Assembly: GCA_964016885.1 (NCBI GenBank)
Contig: OZ024745.1
Location: 46,376,001 to 46,440,000 of the forward strand
Length of the DNA stretch: 64,000 bases
DNA from: Eledone cirrhosa
Taxonomy: Eukaryota
Reading direction: 5' to 3'
Under the pieces are notes generated by a model. It was not told the origin of the DNA and ran no database searches. It saw only the letters and a program-made list of their open reading frames with translations. Shown in pieces: positions 12,846 to 26,071 of this stretch. Position 1 is the first letter of the stretch. Every line of letters begins with the position of its first letter. The position numbers were made by a program, and so were the translations under genes.

Positions 12846-13619
12846 TTAATATGTAATATTTCCTCTAACATCAAGCTCATGCCACAACCAAATCATGTTT
12901 TATTGATTTCAGACATTTTGCCCTTGACAAAAGCATAAATGTCACACGGCCTCCGCCTACTATATATTTGGGGCCTTGTGCATATCTAAATGCTGTACTT
13001 TACCGGTTTTGTTAAATGTTGTTTTCTTCTATTTAAATTTGTAAAAATAATTAACTCATATTTATCTAGTTTCTTTTCCATTATATTCTTGATTTTTTCC
13101 ATTCTTTAAATGAATTAACTAATCCAGCAAATTCAAGTATTTGCATTGTGTTGGCTTAGTTGTTATGTTACTAAACTATTCACTCAAAGGTGAAAAATTG
13201 ATGTAATCATTAGAACAAAAGATAAAATACTTTGTGGTATTGGTTCTTGTTCTCTGAGCTCAAATTTAGTGGAATTGTTAGAGCATTAGAGTAGATGCCT
13301 TGCAGTATTTCTTCCAACTGTTTGTGTTCTGAATACCACTGGCTTGCTTGAGTGATAGAATGAATCTCTGACCTGGCCCTGGGATGCTTTTTGTGCACTC
13401 CACTCTTGTGCAAAGATTCAGGTGAAGTCTCTAGCTTGGGAATACCTTCCTCTCTCCATCCCTCATCAAAACAGTATATAAAAATTATGTTGTGGCAACA
13501 AAAGGTGTGAAATGTCAAGGATTGTAAGACTGTGTGCTAAGGAAAATCATGAGATTGTTGAAAAGTGGATTTGAAATTATGGTGGCATGCCTGCCTTCAC
13601 CAACACTGAAAAGAATGAA

Positions 13620-14570
13620 GCATAGATGTGACATTATGAGAGACTGTTGATTGAAGAAAATGCATGGAAGGAGTTAGGAGGGATTATCCCAAGTATATCC
13701 AGGTTAACAGCGATATGGTAAGTAAGGCAATTAAGGATATGAAGACAGGTAAGGTAACTAGACCATCAGAGATAGTTGCTGAGATGTTGAAATTATCTAG
13801 GATGGTGAGCCACATACTTGTTACACAGATAGTAAATCAGGTATTACAGGATGGAATCATCATCACTGATTGGCATAGTAGCATAATTGTCAGCTGTTAC
13901 AAGGGCAAAGGAGATGCATTGAACAGAGGAAACTATAGAGGCATCAAGTTGTTGAAGCAGGTCATGAGTGTTAATAAAAGTGTTATAGCACAACTGAATA
14001 GAAATAGAATTAATCTAGATGGGATGCAGTTTGGCTTCATCTCTAAAAGAAGTACTACTGATATCACCTTCCTTGTGAGACAGCTGCAGGAGAGGTACTT
14101 AGCTAAAAGTAAGCTCTACCTAGCATTCATTGATTTGAAGAAAGCTTTCAACAGGGTGCTCCACTGTAATCTGGTGAGCGTTTCAAAAACTAAGGATGGA
14201 TGAATGGCTTGTGAGGGTTGTACAGGCTATGCACAAAGATTTAGTCAACAAAGTTAAAATTAACATTGAATTCAGCAATGAATTTAAAATGGAAGTGGAT
14301 GTACACCAAGTCCCAGTCCTTAAACTCCTCCATTACAACCTGGATGACTAAGATTGGCTGTCTGTGGTAGCTCCTATATGTTGATGACTTAGTTCATAGC
14401 AGAATTAAAGAAAAAATTCCAGACTTGGAAATAAAACCTGGAATTGAAAGGCCTATGAGTGAATGTAGCAAAGACTAAAGTTCTAGTAAGCATGAAAGAA
14501 GACAGCCAATTTCCTGATGGGATCAGGGCTTTGTGTTCTGTATGCAAAAATGGAATTCTGTGTACACAGC
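13620..14570 (+). mobile_element. RTE LINE reverse transcriptase fragment
   Basis: ORF 13664-14203: YKGKGDALNRGNYRGIKLL, MQFGF, LAFIDLKKAFNRV. Confidence 0.85.
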
Positions 14571-14865
14571 TCACAAAAACAAGATGGTGTAGGACAGAAC
14601 AAAGGAGAGACTCAAAATAACAACAAAAATAGTCACAGAATGTGTGATGAATGAACTTTGGTGACAAACTACAACTTAACAATCATCCAGTTATTAAACT
14701 AACTGAATGTGAAATTATAATAAATTGAATGAAATCCAATAGGTGCATGTGTTTTTATTGGCAGTATGACCTTTCAAAGTATAACATCTGTTTCAACACA
14801 CCTTTTCAAATAAGAAATCTTGCAAAACTAATACAAAAATGAAGTATATTATATATATATATATA

Positions 14866-15435
14866 TTGTCTTAGAGAGGTGTAAGTGGGCAAGGTCAGTT
14901 TTTATCACCTCGTCCCAGGTTTTTCTTGGTCTACCCACTCCGCAGCTTCCATCAATTTTCATTGCCCTGCACTTTTTTATACAGCTGTCATCTTTCATAT
15001 GCCAACGCAATCTCCTTTCCAGAACACAACATTTGATACCTCTTATGCTTAGTCTCTAAGACAATGACACTGGATCGAGACCTTTGGCGCCATGCAGTTG
15101 TACAGAAGACTCGACTATCATTGCATACAAACCTACAGTCAGTAGGGACCTCTTAACTCAATGTACACCCTACCCCTTCCTACTGTTCCGTCCATTGTGT
15201 TGATGACACAACAGTCCACACTGTAAGGTGGCCATGTAGGAGACACAGTGAAAAGGCCCCCAGTCCGCACTGTAAATGTGGTTGGTGTTAGGAAGGGCAT
15301 CCAGCTGTAAAAAAAAAGCTGCCAGAGATGCTGCCGTGCAAGCGAGACATGGTCTCTTGACCATTCCCGCATCAAATGGAACAAAACCGTCTAACCCATG
15401 CTAGCATGGAAGATGGATGTTAAATGATGATGATA
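14866..15435. mobile_element. Rearranged RTE 3' fragments (ORF end on -, 3' UTR on +)
   Basis: GRPRKTWDE on the minus strand at about 14905-14935; RTE 3' UTR with GAT tail at 15130-15435. Confidence 0.65.
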
Positions 15436-16654
15436 TATGTGTGTGTGTATGTATTATATATATAATTATATCCAAAATCCAGTTGATCTCCACCGCATCC
15501 TATTATATTGGATCATATGGGGCCAAGGTATCAGGTCAGATCATTATGCCATCTGACCTTTGGCCACCTTCTGGTTCTTCTCCACTGCCTTGGTGTCCAC
15601 TCTGTCACTCTAATAATCCACCTGTTGTCTCTGAAACGAGAGATGTAGTCAATCCATCTATGTTTGCCCTTCTTGATGGACTCGATTGTGTCCTTTACGC
15701 CAATCTGCTGTCAAATTTAGGTGTTGCTCTTGCTGCACATGATTTGTTGGGCCTCTGCAGTTGTGGTCTTCAGTACCCACATCTCATTTTCATAAGTCAT
15801 TAGGCTTTTACACAGTTTCCAAATATCAAATTCCATTCACAAGCTACTGGTCAACTAAATGCTTGCAGTAGAAGACACATAGTCAATGTACCCATAAATA
15901 TGTGGTTGCTAAGTGAACTTCTTAACCATATACATATCAGCAGCCATCTCTTTAGCTACTCTGTGTCACTGTTACCTCTTACTGCTCCCTCTCTACCATT
16001 TGATTTGCTATTTCCATGATAGGTTTACATGTGTTGAGCTAACCAGGACCACACATCTTACTGTGGTAAGGTTGCTAACCTCACATTCCATCCCTCCTTT
16101 CTTAATAGAGATTTTTTTTTTTTTGTATACCTATCTGAAATTTTACGTAGGGGGTGAGAGCATCCATAATCCTAAATAGGGACCCATTCTAGTTGTGTCT
16201 GGGGCTCATGAAAGGCAGGGTCATCACACCCTAAGTTTACTTCTTAAACCACAAACCATCAGTCTATCATATTTAATAGATGTTCTCAAACTACAAATAT
16301 ATAAGCAGTATAGTAGTGCATTATATTCAACTGTAGATATGGAATTATAAAAGAAAGCATATTTGTTACCACTAATATGAGTATTTGAATAAGTATATAA
16401 TTGTGTGTTTTAATCTACAAATTGCAACTGGTATTGTGTGATTAAGATAAGTCCAAGTATTACTGGATGGTTAAAAAGTTTGCTTCAAAATATCTTGGTT
16501 ATAAATCCAATCCTACTGCATGGCATTTTGAGCAAGTATCTTCTTTTATTGCCTCAAACTGGCGAATGCTTCAGGAGTGAAATTGGTAATTAGAAATTGT
16601 GTTGGTGTCCATCACACACCCATATACATACATATGTATATATATATATATGTG

Positions 16655-17775
16655 TGTGTAGGAAAGGAGTAGGCAGAAACTCCATTTTATGTCCCAAATG
16701 CAAAGTATGGGAGCATAAAAGATGTAGCGGGATCACAGGTAAGCTAACTAAGAATATAGATTTTATATGTGGCCGGTGCTCAGGTGCAATAAGTAGCAGC
16801 AAGTGCCCACAGAATACTAGCTCATTCCATTGCACAGATGGCTCTATAGAAATAGTGGACACCTTCCGTTACCTGGGTGACAAAATCAGCAGTGGCTGAG
16901 GGTGCTCTGAAAGTACAGGATGGAAAAAGTTCAGAGAGCTTATACCACTATTGGCCGCTAAAGGTTTCTCTCTAAAAATGAAAGGCAGGCTGTATGATGC
17001 CTGCATACAAACAGCAATGTTACATGGCAGTGAGACTTGGGCATTGTGTGCAGAGAATATACGCAGACTGGAGAGGAACGAAGCTTGGATGTGTAATAGT
17101 AATATACATGAATGGCAAAGCATAAACGAACTAAGGGAGAAATTAGGAATAAGAGGGATCAGATGTTTACTCGAGAGAAGACTATGTTGGTATGGTTACG
17201 TGATGCACATGAAAGACGACAGCTGTATAAAAAAGTGCAGGGCGATAAAAATAGACGGTAGCCACGGAGTAGGCAGACCCAGAAAAACCTGGGACAACTT
17301 GATAAATTCCGACCTCACACACTTACACCTCTCCAAGACAATGTCACTGGACTGAGATCTTTGGCGCTACACAGTAATACAGAAGACCCGCCTTGCCTAA
17401 GTACAAAGCGAAACCTACAGTCAGTAGGCACCTCTTACAAAAATACACCCCGTCCCACTACCCCACCCCATCCACACCACCCCTTTTGATGTAAAGTTAT
17501 GTTGGTACCACAACATCCAGTCCGAAATAAATGAGGGCGTGTAGGTGTCACGACAAAAAAACACAGTCCACGCTGTAATGTGGCCATGTAGGTAACGCAG
17601 TAAAAACCTCCCAGTCCACACTGTAAACGTGGTTGGTGTTAGGAGGGGCATCTAGCCGTAGAAAACCCGCCTGACAGTCCTATACGAGCAAGACAACCAA
17701 TCTTGCCTCAAGTGGGAAAATTCCCATCCAAACCCATGCAAGCGTGGAAGATGGACATTAAACGATGATGATGAT
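16655..17775 (+). mobile_element. 5'-truncated RTE LINE (Cys-rich insert, ORF end, 3' UTR, (GAT)n tail)
   Basis: CRKGVGRNSILCPKCKVW.HKRCSG, MLHGSETW, GRPRKTW; tail GACATTAAACGATGATGAT. Confidence 0.9.
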
Positions 17776-20459
17776 ACATATATGTGTGTGTATTTGCTTG
17801 CATAGTTCTTCATTTTGTTATCTCAACAATGTTTGTTTATGTATTGCATAAACAATATGTCCCTGCAGCTCAAGTATGGTTTGACACCAAGAAAAGTGTC
17901 TGGTCTTAGAATGCTGCCTCAAAAAAGTTTCTTTGAATCCATGCTAACATAAAAAAGGGCCCTAAAAGCGGTGATGACGATCATGATTGCTATTGGACAC
18001 AAAAGTAATTTTAAGGGGAGCAATGAAGACTTTTATTTTTGCTATTCTGAAGAGAAAAGTTTTTAAAAATACTACATTAAGCACAATGAAAAACTGGAAA
18101 AAAATTGGTTCTGACGACAAAATATTCTGTTTTGTTTACACATCTGCAGAAATAAAATAAAGTAAAAATGCTATTCTCATATATTTAAATCTGGTAAAGT
18201 TATTAATTTTCAAGTATTTGACAATTTGTCACTAAAAAATTCTGTAAGTCTCAGATAAGTCAACTGGTAGTTTTAAATTCAATACTTAGTTGAATAGTTA
18301 TTTGTTGATAACAAATACAACTTGTTTTGTATGCTGAAAAAGGCTTAGAAACATTGTATTTGCTGTTACTAAGCTGCACTAATACTGCAACAAAAGAAAT
18401 TGGACACAAACTCAGTTTTTTTGTCCAGTCATAACATATGGAAACTCCACCTTTAGGTTGACAGACAATGATCACAAAAATAAAAGCTTCACCATTTCTT
18501 TGGGGTTTAAAATCCTAGAACGGTGAAGTGACTCTGTATTGCAATCATGTTTATCAAAGAGCTGACCAGTTTGTCCCCAGTAACTTGTACTCAGTTATAT
18601 CCTGATAATATAACTATTGCAGTTTCCTTAGCACACTGTGACTGTTAGCAGGTATAACTATTGCACATTCCTTTGCACAGTGTCAATGTTTGTTAGCAGA
18701 TATAACTAGAAATGGAGCTGAAACCAAAGCCTATTGTCAGCTATGATAAAGGTTTCACTCTGTGACTACACTTGAAAAAAGTATTATTTGACTTCCAGCT
18801 GGGTTACTTACAGTGACAAAGGTAGAGGTTAACATGAAATTGTGCTTTCTTCTTTTCCCAAAGAGTATGTTATTTGTCATGGGATTAACCTCTGCTTTAT
18901 CAGATAAAATGACCTTAAAATAATTGCTGTTGTGTTGTTATACTTAGCTAAGACGTGTGAACTTAATGTGAATGCGCCTTAATATTAGAAAATGAAAATA
19001 TATCTTGAAATAGCTGGGTGTTTAGTTTTTGTTGTATTCATAATTATTAGTTAGTGAAGTTTTATAAACCTATGATGTCAACCTGTTCTGGCATACCAAT
19101 ACTAGTTACGTATAAGCAACCTTCTGCTAACAATTAGGCTGTATATATTGATCAAGATATTTGCAGAGAGAATGGAAAGATATATACATTCATATGGGAC
19201 AAACAGCATAAAATGACAGAAAAAATAACATTGAAACCATATGTTTGAAATCTGATAGCAATTTTCTTGAGTTGATTAGGCAACTGCCTAGTTTATTGAG
19301 AACAAGTAACATGAATAATGCTTTCTTACACAACTATAAAGACAAGGTGAGGTGTTTGGGATGAGCATACCCTTCACAAGGACATAACTGACATATGAAG
19401 TGAAGCAGATAAAAACAGAAGTAATAATAATAGCACTAGGCTTGATTACTGTTGATTTTATAATAACTTTTGCCATAAAACTGAATCATTTTATGTCATT
19501 CATTAAAACAATATTGGAATTGGTTTTGTTTTCTATTTTTTTCTAGAAAATGGTTAATATAAGAATTATTGAGGTGGAAGATAAACTATTTTATGTTAGA
19601 AATCATTAGGGCAGTAAATAGCAGAACTGTTAAACCAACAATTATGACACTTTATATTCAGAGTTCAAATACTGTTGACTGTATTTTATCTTTATGGCGG
19701 TCGATAAAATATAGTATCAGTTAAATACTGGAGTTAATGTAATTAATAACTACAACAATTTGCAGCCTTTTGATATGTTACAAATTATTATTACAATAGG
19801 AAATTATTTCTAATCTGCTGGTTAATTCATTAGTTCTGTATATTCAGACTTTTCATTAGCATATTTCTAATGAAAGCCACTGCCTATGATATTCAAATTT
19901 TGAAAATAATCAAGGGATTTGGTAAGATAACTGACTTTCTCATTATTAATCTGGTGTTTGGAGCATGACTTAAAGCTTTACATAAAAGGTTTTTAGTTTA
20001 CTATAAACCATGTCTTGTTTATCCTTATACTTTTTGCATATATATACCAGGTGATGTGTTGTTTCCTTGAGCAAGACACTTTATTTCACATAGCTCCAGT
20101 TTAGTAAGCTGTAGAAATGAGATGATAGTACTGGGGTCCCTATCATTCCACTGCAAAGTGGTGATGGAGGTGTCACGGCAAAAAAGCACCCAGCCCACAC
20201 TGTAAATGAGGTTGGTGTTAGGAAGGGCATCCAGCTGTAGAAATCAAACCAGAATCAGTTCCCGTCCCACCCTTGCAAGCAGGGAAAAAGCAGACGTAAA
20301 ATGATGATATATATATATGAGCAGGTCTAAACTGGTAATCTGTCTCTTCCATTTTTTGTTGCGCATATCCACTTTACATAAACATGAATTAGCCTACATA
20401 AAATGGATACTTCTATTTCTTCTCCTATACATATATATATATATACACACATACATGCA

Positions 20460-21255
20460 TATCATCATTTTTATGTCCGTTTTTCTATGCTTGCATGGGT
20501 TGGATGGGTCCTGCTCAGCACAGCATCTCTCCATTCACTGCGTTCTTTCATCATCTCCTCTGTGAGTGCCAGCTATTTGAGGTCAGCTCTCACCACTTCT
20601 GCCTAGGTATTTCTTGGTCTACCTCTACTGTGACTACTTTCCACTGGGGTTTCCTGGCACTTCTTCACCCTGAAATCATCATCTATGTGCATCAAATGTT
20701 CGTTCCAAATCAGTCTTCTCTCCTGCACACCACCTCTTAAACCCAGCTTCTCCCTCAGCTCGTCCAAGCTCTGCCTTTCTCTCATATTTACATTGCACAT
20801 CCAATGAAACATGGTTGTTTCATTTATCTCTAATCTATGCATGTCCTTTGCAGTCACAGCCCATGTTTCACTACCATACAACTTCACACATTGGTGTCAT
20901 AGTCGTCCTTTTGTAGATAGGGAGAAAGCTTTTGTAGTCAACGTTGAGAGTAATTCAACTTCTTCCATCCTAGCCTTATTTTAGCTATTAGGCTCCCAGA
21001 GCAACCTCCACCATTGTTAATTAAGTCACCTAGCTAGCAGAAGCTATCAACCACTATGGACCCTTCCTGTGACTGGAAAAGTTTATATCACTGGCACTCT
21101 TCCCTTTGATTACTCCTGTGCATCTTCTACATGAAGTCTTCCCTTCCTGTTAGTCTAACCGTTATCCCACTGCATCTCTTGTATACACAGGATTTACCTT
21201 GTGTACATCACATGGAGTTTATGCCTACTCATTTTCTACATATTGAACATGGGCA
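20460..21255 (-). mobile_element. Older RTE LINE 3' fragment
   Basis: LYGSETW..RGRPRNT on the minus strand; 3' end with CAT tail at about 20460. Confidence 0.75.
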
Positions 21256-21289
21256 CTATATATACATACATACATGCATATGTATGTAT

Positions 21290-21737
21290 ATATATATAAT
21301 ATGTGTGTGTATACATACATGCATGCATATATATATATATATATATAAATACATGCATGCATATATATATATATATATATGAATACATGCATGCATATAT
21401 ATATATATATATGAATACATGCATGCATATATATATATATATAAATACATGCATGCATATATATATATATATGAATACATGCATGCATATATATATATAT
21501 ATGAATACATGCATGCATATATATATACATATGAATACATGCATGCATATATATATATATATATATATATATGAATATATGCATGCATATATATATATAT
21601 ATGAATACATGCATGCATATATATATACATATGAATACATGCATGCATATATATATATATATATATGAATACATGCATGCATATATATATATATATGAAT
21701 ACATGCATGCATATATATATACATATGAATACATGCA

Positions 21738-21771
<34 letters not shown>

Positions 21772-21796
21772 TACATGCATGCATATATATATATAT
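21290..21796. repeat. Minisatellite ATGAATACATGCATGC(AT)n
   Basis: About 15 tandem units of about 30 bp. Confidence 0.95.
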
Positions 21797-21908
21797 GTGA
21801 AAAGATTCAAGACCCCGATGGCTGAGCTCCGGCCGTTTCGACAGCTATATCCATACTAGCTGTGGAAACAGCCAGAGCTCAGCCATCAGGGTCTTGAATC
21901 TTTTCATA
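21797..21908. repeat. Hairpin/palindrome (about 51-bp arms, loop TATCCATAC)
   Basis: GTGAAAAGATTCAAGACCC..ACAGCTA / TAGCTGT..GGGTCTTGAATCTTTTCAT; flanked by TA-rich repeats. Confidence 0.9.
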
Positions 21909-21980
21909 TTACCCACTCTACTACTCCACGTATTGAGTACTCTGGTGGGTTATGGTCTACCTGGTATCCTACCACACCCT

Positions 21981-22036
<56 letters not shown>

Positions 22037-22170
22037 ATGGTTTCAATAAGGAGCAGAAACGATCGTACCTTGAGCTGACCGATCACAAAACGCACATAAC
22101 ATGTGAATAAACATATTGGTATTATATTGATACTTCATTCCTGCTCCTTTTTACTGTTATTATTATTATT

Positions 22171-22368
22171 AGGGCGGTGGATTGGCAGTATCGGTAGAGG
22201 GTCGGACGCCATGCTTTCCAGTATAGTTACGTCCCTTTACGGTCTGAGTTCAAGTCCCGTCGAGGTTAACTTTGCCTTTCATCCTTACGGGGTCGATAAA
22301 ATAAAGTACCAGTAATGTACTGGGTAATTGCTGGCCTAGTGCCAAAAGTAGAAACAATTATTATTATT
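22171..22368 (+). mobile_element. tRNA-derived SINE family A copy
   Basis: Near-identical to 902-1110; inserted into (TTA)n. Confidence 0.85.
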
Positions 22369-22799
22369 AACATTCTTCTTCTTAAGGATACCAACTACAG
22401 TGAAATACCAAACATAGAATCCCATATCAGCAGCTGGACACAAGTATTAGGATTGAGTGATTAAACTAATGAACCATCAGTAACTAAATGCTATACACAC
22501 TATATATATATGTATTCCTACCATGTCTTAATCACTCCAACTCTCACCCATTCCAATAACTTCCTATTGTTGCATAATTACAAAATATGTGATCCTGTGG
22601 CCAAGTTATGTCGTCAGATGGTATAAACATAAAAGATTGAGTTAAGTAGCCTCTGACTGGGGCACAGCAAAATATAAACAATGAATTGATACAGAGGTGG
22701 CCTAGCTAGTGATGCTATCACTACAGCAGACAGTCTCTATATCAATTCTTTATTTATATATTGCTGTACCCCAGTAATGATTACTTAACTAAATCTTTT

Positions 22800-23300
22800 A
22801 TGTTCTTACTACCTGAAGACATCAGATGACTATATTGGCTTTCACTTTGAAGAATATGCTTTTGAGGAACAGGAAATAACAATGAAATAGGCACAAAAGG
22901 GATAGGGATGCAGGCAAAACACCTAGATGTGATAACAGATGCAGACCCTGCGGAATAAACATTGAGAATGTCACCCCCATCATAAACAGCTGACCAAAGA
23001 TGTCCATAGTAGTGGAAGTCAACTACCTAGCAGATATCAATATTATGCTAAAGATTAGTGAAAAGGAGGATTTTTATGCTAAACTAATGCAGAATCTGCA
23101 GATACTTCACCCTGATTATGCCTTTAGATTTGTACCTGTAATCATTGAAGCTCTGGGATATGTTACTAACTGCCTCAGTTCAAATCTTGAGAAGCTGGGC
23201 TTCACAGAACCAGTAAGGACATGACAAGTTAGGAAGTTGGAAGTACAGTCCATTAATGGAACTGTAAAGATATGTAAAACATTTCAGAAATTCAGCATGT
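22800..23300 (+). mobile_element. R4/NeSL-like non-LTR retrotransposon restriction-like endonuclease remnant
   Basis: IVVEVNYLADINI..KISEKEDFYAKL..L..LHPDYAFRFVPVIIEALG resembles the RLE motif E..(C)P.D.N...K..EK..KY..L....P.I.G.LG. Confidence 0.6.
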
Positions 23301-23673
23301 AATAACTGCATATACATATGTAACGATACAGAAACATGTACACATATAACTCAAAACATATAGATTATGGAATAACAACCATACCTGCACACACACACAA
23401 AAAGATACAGACATATATACGTGTTTACCTAGTTGTTGTTTACATTCCAATGAAAGAGTCTTGCTTCTATGTTAAAAACCAATTCTCTTTCTATTTGTGA
23501 AAATTTATAAAATAATAAAATCATATAAACACATGCATATATACATACAAATATACATATATATCTGATGATTTCTTATGAACGAACAGTTCTAGTCCTT
23601 AAGCTGATCAATAGCAAACTACTTGTCACACCTGAATAGACTTAATGATGATATTCTGACACATTCTTACATA

Positions 23674-23718
<45 letters not shown>

Positions 23719-23911
23719 CTTTTCCTGGGTCATGTATTTTCGTTGCTCTGGTAATGCGGTTGGACTGCCGACTGCTATATATGATTTGCTAAACTGTCTG
23801 AACGTAATGTTATTACTCTGGGGTCTTACCTCATCCGAGTGCTAAAGCTACAGACCGATTATGCATATACGCTAGCTTGGCCGTATACTAAAGCTTCGTC
23901 AATGCTGTACT

Positions 23912-23973
<62 letters not shown>

Positions 23974-24011
23974 AGGGTGTAGTTTGCTTAAAACATTATG
24001 GAATATGAAAA

Positions 24012-24474
24012 ATGAAAAGTAGGTATGTTTAGGAAACCGTTACAATGCAGGTGGGTTTGAATTACTAAGGTAACAAAGTCGAAAGGGAATTGAGAGAGGT
24101 GAGATAGAAAGGTAATGAGTGGGAGAAGGTCTGATTGGTATCTTGGTAATTTATTAGTCCTAATATTTCAGCTTTTCCCTCCAATATATAGGGGGATCTT
24201 TAGTGGAAAACCTCTGAGAAACTGATTATTGTCTTTCCTGTACACTGTTTATTTTATTTTCCTCTACAGATCCCTTTGACAATGGATGGTACATCCGGAA
24301 TATTGGGACTAATAAATTACTAAAGTAACAGTCAGTCATTCTTGTCCTTGTTTTCCTCCTTCTCCCACTATTTGTGTTCTACCTTACATCTCTCAATTCC
24401 CTTCTGACTTTGTAGATATGGTATTTTAAACACACCTGCATTGTAACAGCTTCCAAAACAGACCCACTTTTCAT
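24012..24474. repeat. Diverged fold-back element (about 200-bp imperfect arms)
   Basis: ATGAAAAGT..GTTACAATGCAGGTG..AAGGGAATTGAGAGA..AATTTATTAGTCC mirrored by GGACTAATAAATT..TCTCTCAATTCCCTT..CACCTGCATTGTAAC..ACTTTTCAT. Confidence 0.85.
24271..24309 (+). ncRNA. Decayed hammerhead motif in an old fold-back element
   Basis: TCCC-T-TTGACAA-T-GGATG-gta-CATCC-GGAA-TAT-TG-GGAC; the mirror arm retains GAAA-TAT-TA-GGAC. Confidence 0.35.
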
Positions 24475-24629
24475 ATATATATATATATCATCATCATCGA
24501 TTAACGTCTATCTTCCACGCTAGCATGGGTGTACATATATATATATATATATAGTGGAAGTGATTCAGTGAATTACTGGTGCTGGTACTAAAACAAGCAC
24601 TTGATACACAGGCAGAGTATATATATTAA

Positions 24630-24718
24630 TATATACTGAAGAGCAGATTGATAATGGAGTCAGGTCCATAACTTCTATGGGTGACCCTGAGCCAATCTTC
24701 TGTGAAACGCGCATAATA
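24630..24718 (+). ncRNA. Degenerate hammerhead motif with extended, branched stem II
   Basis: CTGAAGA (24636-24642), GCAGATTG...CAATCTTCTGT, GAAA (24704-24707), CGCG then C in place of the expected T. Confidence 0.4.
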
Positions 24719-24775
24719 GCTCAATACACAATAAGAATCTAAATACATGTAAATGAAACTTCATCATTCTTATTA

Positions 24776-24818
<43 letters not shown>

Positions 24819-25035
24819 TATTTTCAATAATTTTTCAATCATATTTTATTTGTTTGACCCAAATTACTTGGTCGTTTCTATGGCTGTGCGGATAATGGTT
24901 TAACCATCGTCTCAGTGTGTTTGGCCTTTTAACTTATGTTGTAGCTCTAGTTCATTAGCTTCTATGGAGCACTTGCCACACATCTCGGAAGTTGTTTTTC
25001 GCTAATTTCCAATAGCCGAAATACAATTCTCGCTA

Positions 25036-25069
<34 letters not shown>

Positions 25070-25089
25070 TTCATTTCATTTCATTTCAT

Positions 25090-25417
25090 TTCATTTTACG
25101 TCCACTTTTCCATGCTTGCAAGGGTGGGACGGGAACTGATTCTGGCTTGATTTCTACAGCTGGATGCCCTTCCTAACACCAACCTCATTTACAGTGAGTG
25201 CTGGGTGCTTTTTTGCCGTGGCACCTCCACGACCACTTTGCAGTGGAATGATATGGACCCCAGTCCCTATCATCTCATTTCTACAGCTGAGTAAACTGGA
25301 GCAATGTGAAATAAAGTGTCTTGCTCAAGGAAACAACACATCACCCGGTCTGAGAATTGAACTCACAACCTTTCGATTGCAAGGCCAATGCTCTAACCAC
25401 TAAGCCATGTGCCTCCA
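25090..25417 (-). mobile_element. SINE family B copy with RTE-derived 3' tail
   Basis: tRNA head at 25330-25417; tail CTACAGCTGGATGCCCTTCCTAACACCAACC shared with the RTE 3' UTR; (TTTCA)n end. Confidence 0.8.
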
Positions 25418-25434
25418 TGTGCCTCCATATGTGT

Positions 25435-25470
<36 letters not shown>

Positions 25471-26071
25471 CTATATGTGTGTGTGTATATATGTATAAGT
25501 TATTTGAAATGACAAGAGTATGCAGATAGGAGGTTCAACTAAAATGTTCATAGGCTGACCAAGATACTGTCATGGAATGACCAAATGAGGTTTATTTTTC
25601 AGCATTGTCTGTGGAAAGAAGCAGTTATTGATAAGAAGAGTTGAAATTAATGCATACAAGATTTCACAGCTCTAGCATGAATCCTTTATAGTCAGCCAAC
25701 CCTCGTATGTTTATATAAGATAAATGTGTCCATGGGATTTTGAGCAGCAATTCACACCTGAGGTTTAGCATATATTATTGATGAATGTGATACAATAAGG
25801 AGTAAACACACAAAAGAAACTCTACAAAAATTTAGTGGTCAGATTCTCACACTCAAATATACTTTCTACTAATAAACATGTTTCAATAGACTCCCTCTAT
25901 ATATGTATGAATTAATGTTTATATTCATAAAAAATAGTCTCTATGTGTATATATACATACTTGTGTACCAGTATCAAATAAATGCATACATCCATGTAAA
26001 ATAAATAGTACATAAAATGAATGTAAATATGTAAGAAAGTTTTTGATTCACTCCTTGAATGTTGGAAGATT

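Noticed and set aside
21131-21859. Overlapping MHACI/YIYI ORFs; CRISPR-like appearance of regularly spaced repeats
   Set aside because: A eukaryotic minisatellite; the spacers are only (AT)n and there are no cas genes.
23565-23610. CTGATGA-TTTC..GAAC-GAAC and 54059-54090 CTAATAA-GCTCTGT..ATAGAGC
   Set aside because: Possibly decayed hammerheads, but too degenerate to support individually.
25528-25707. Possible mariner-type MITE
   Set aside because: Only one terminus (CAGCCAACCCTCGTA) is convincing; the partner TIR is too diverged.
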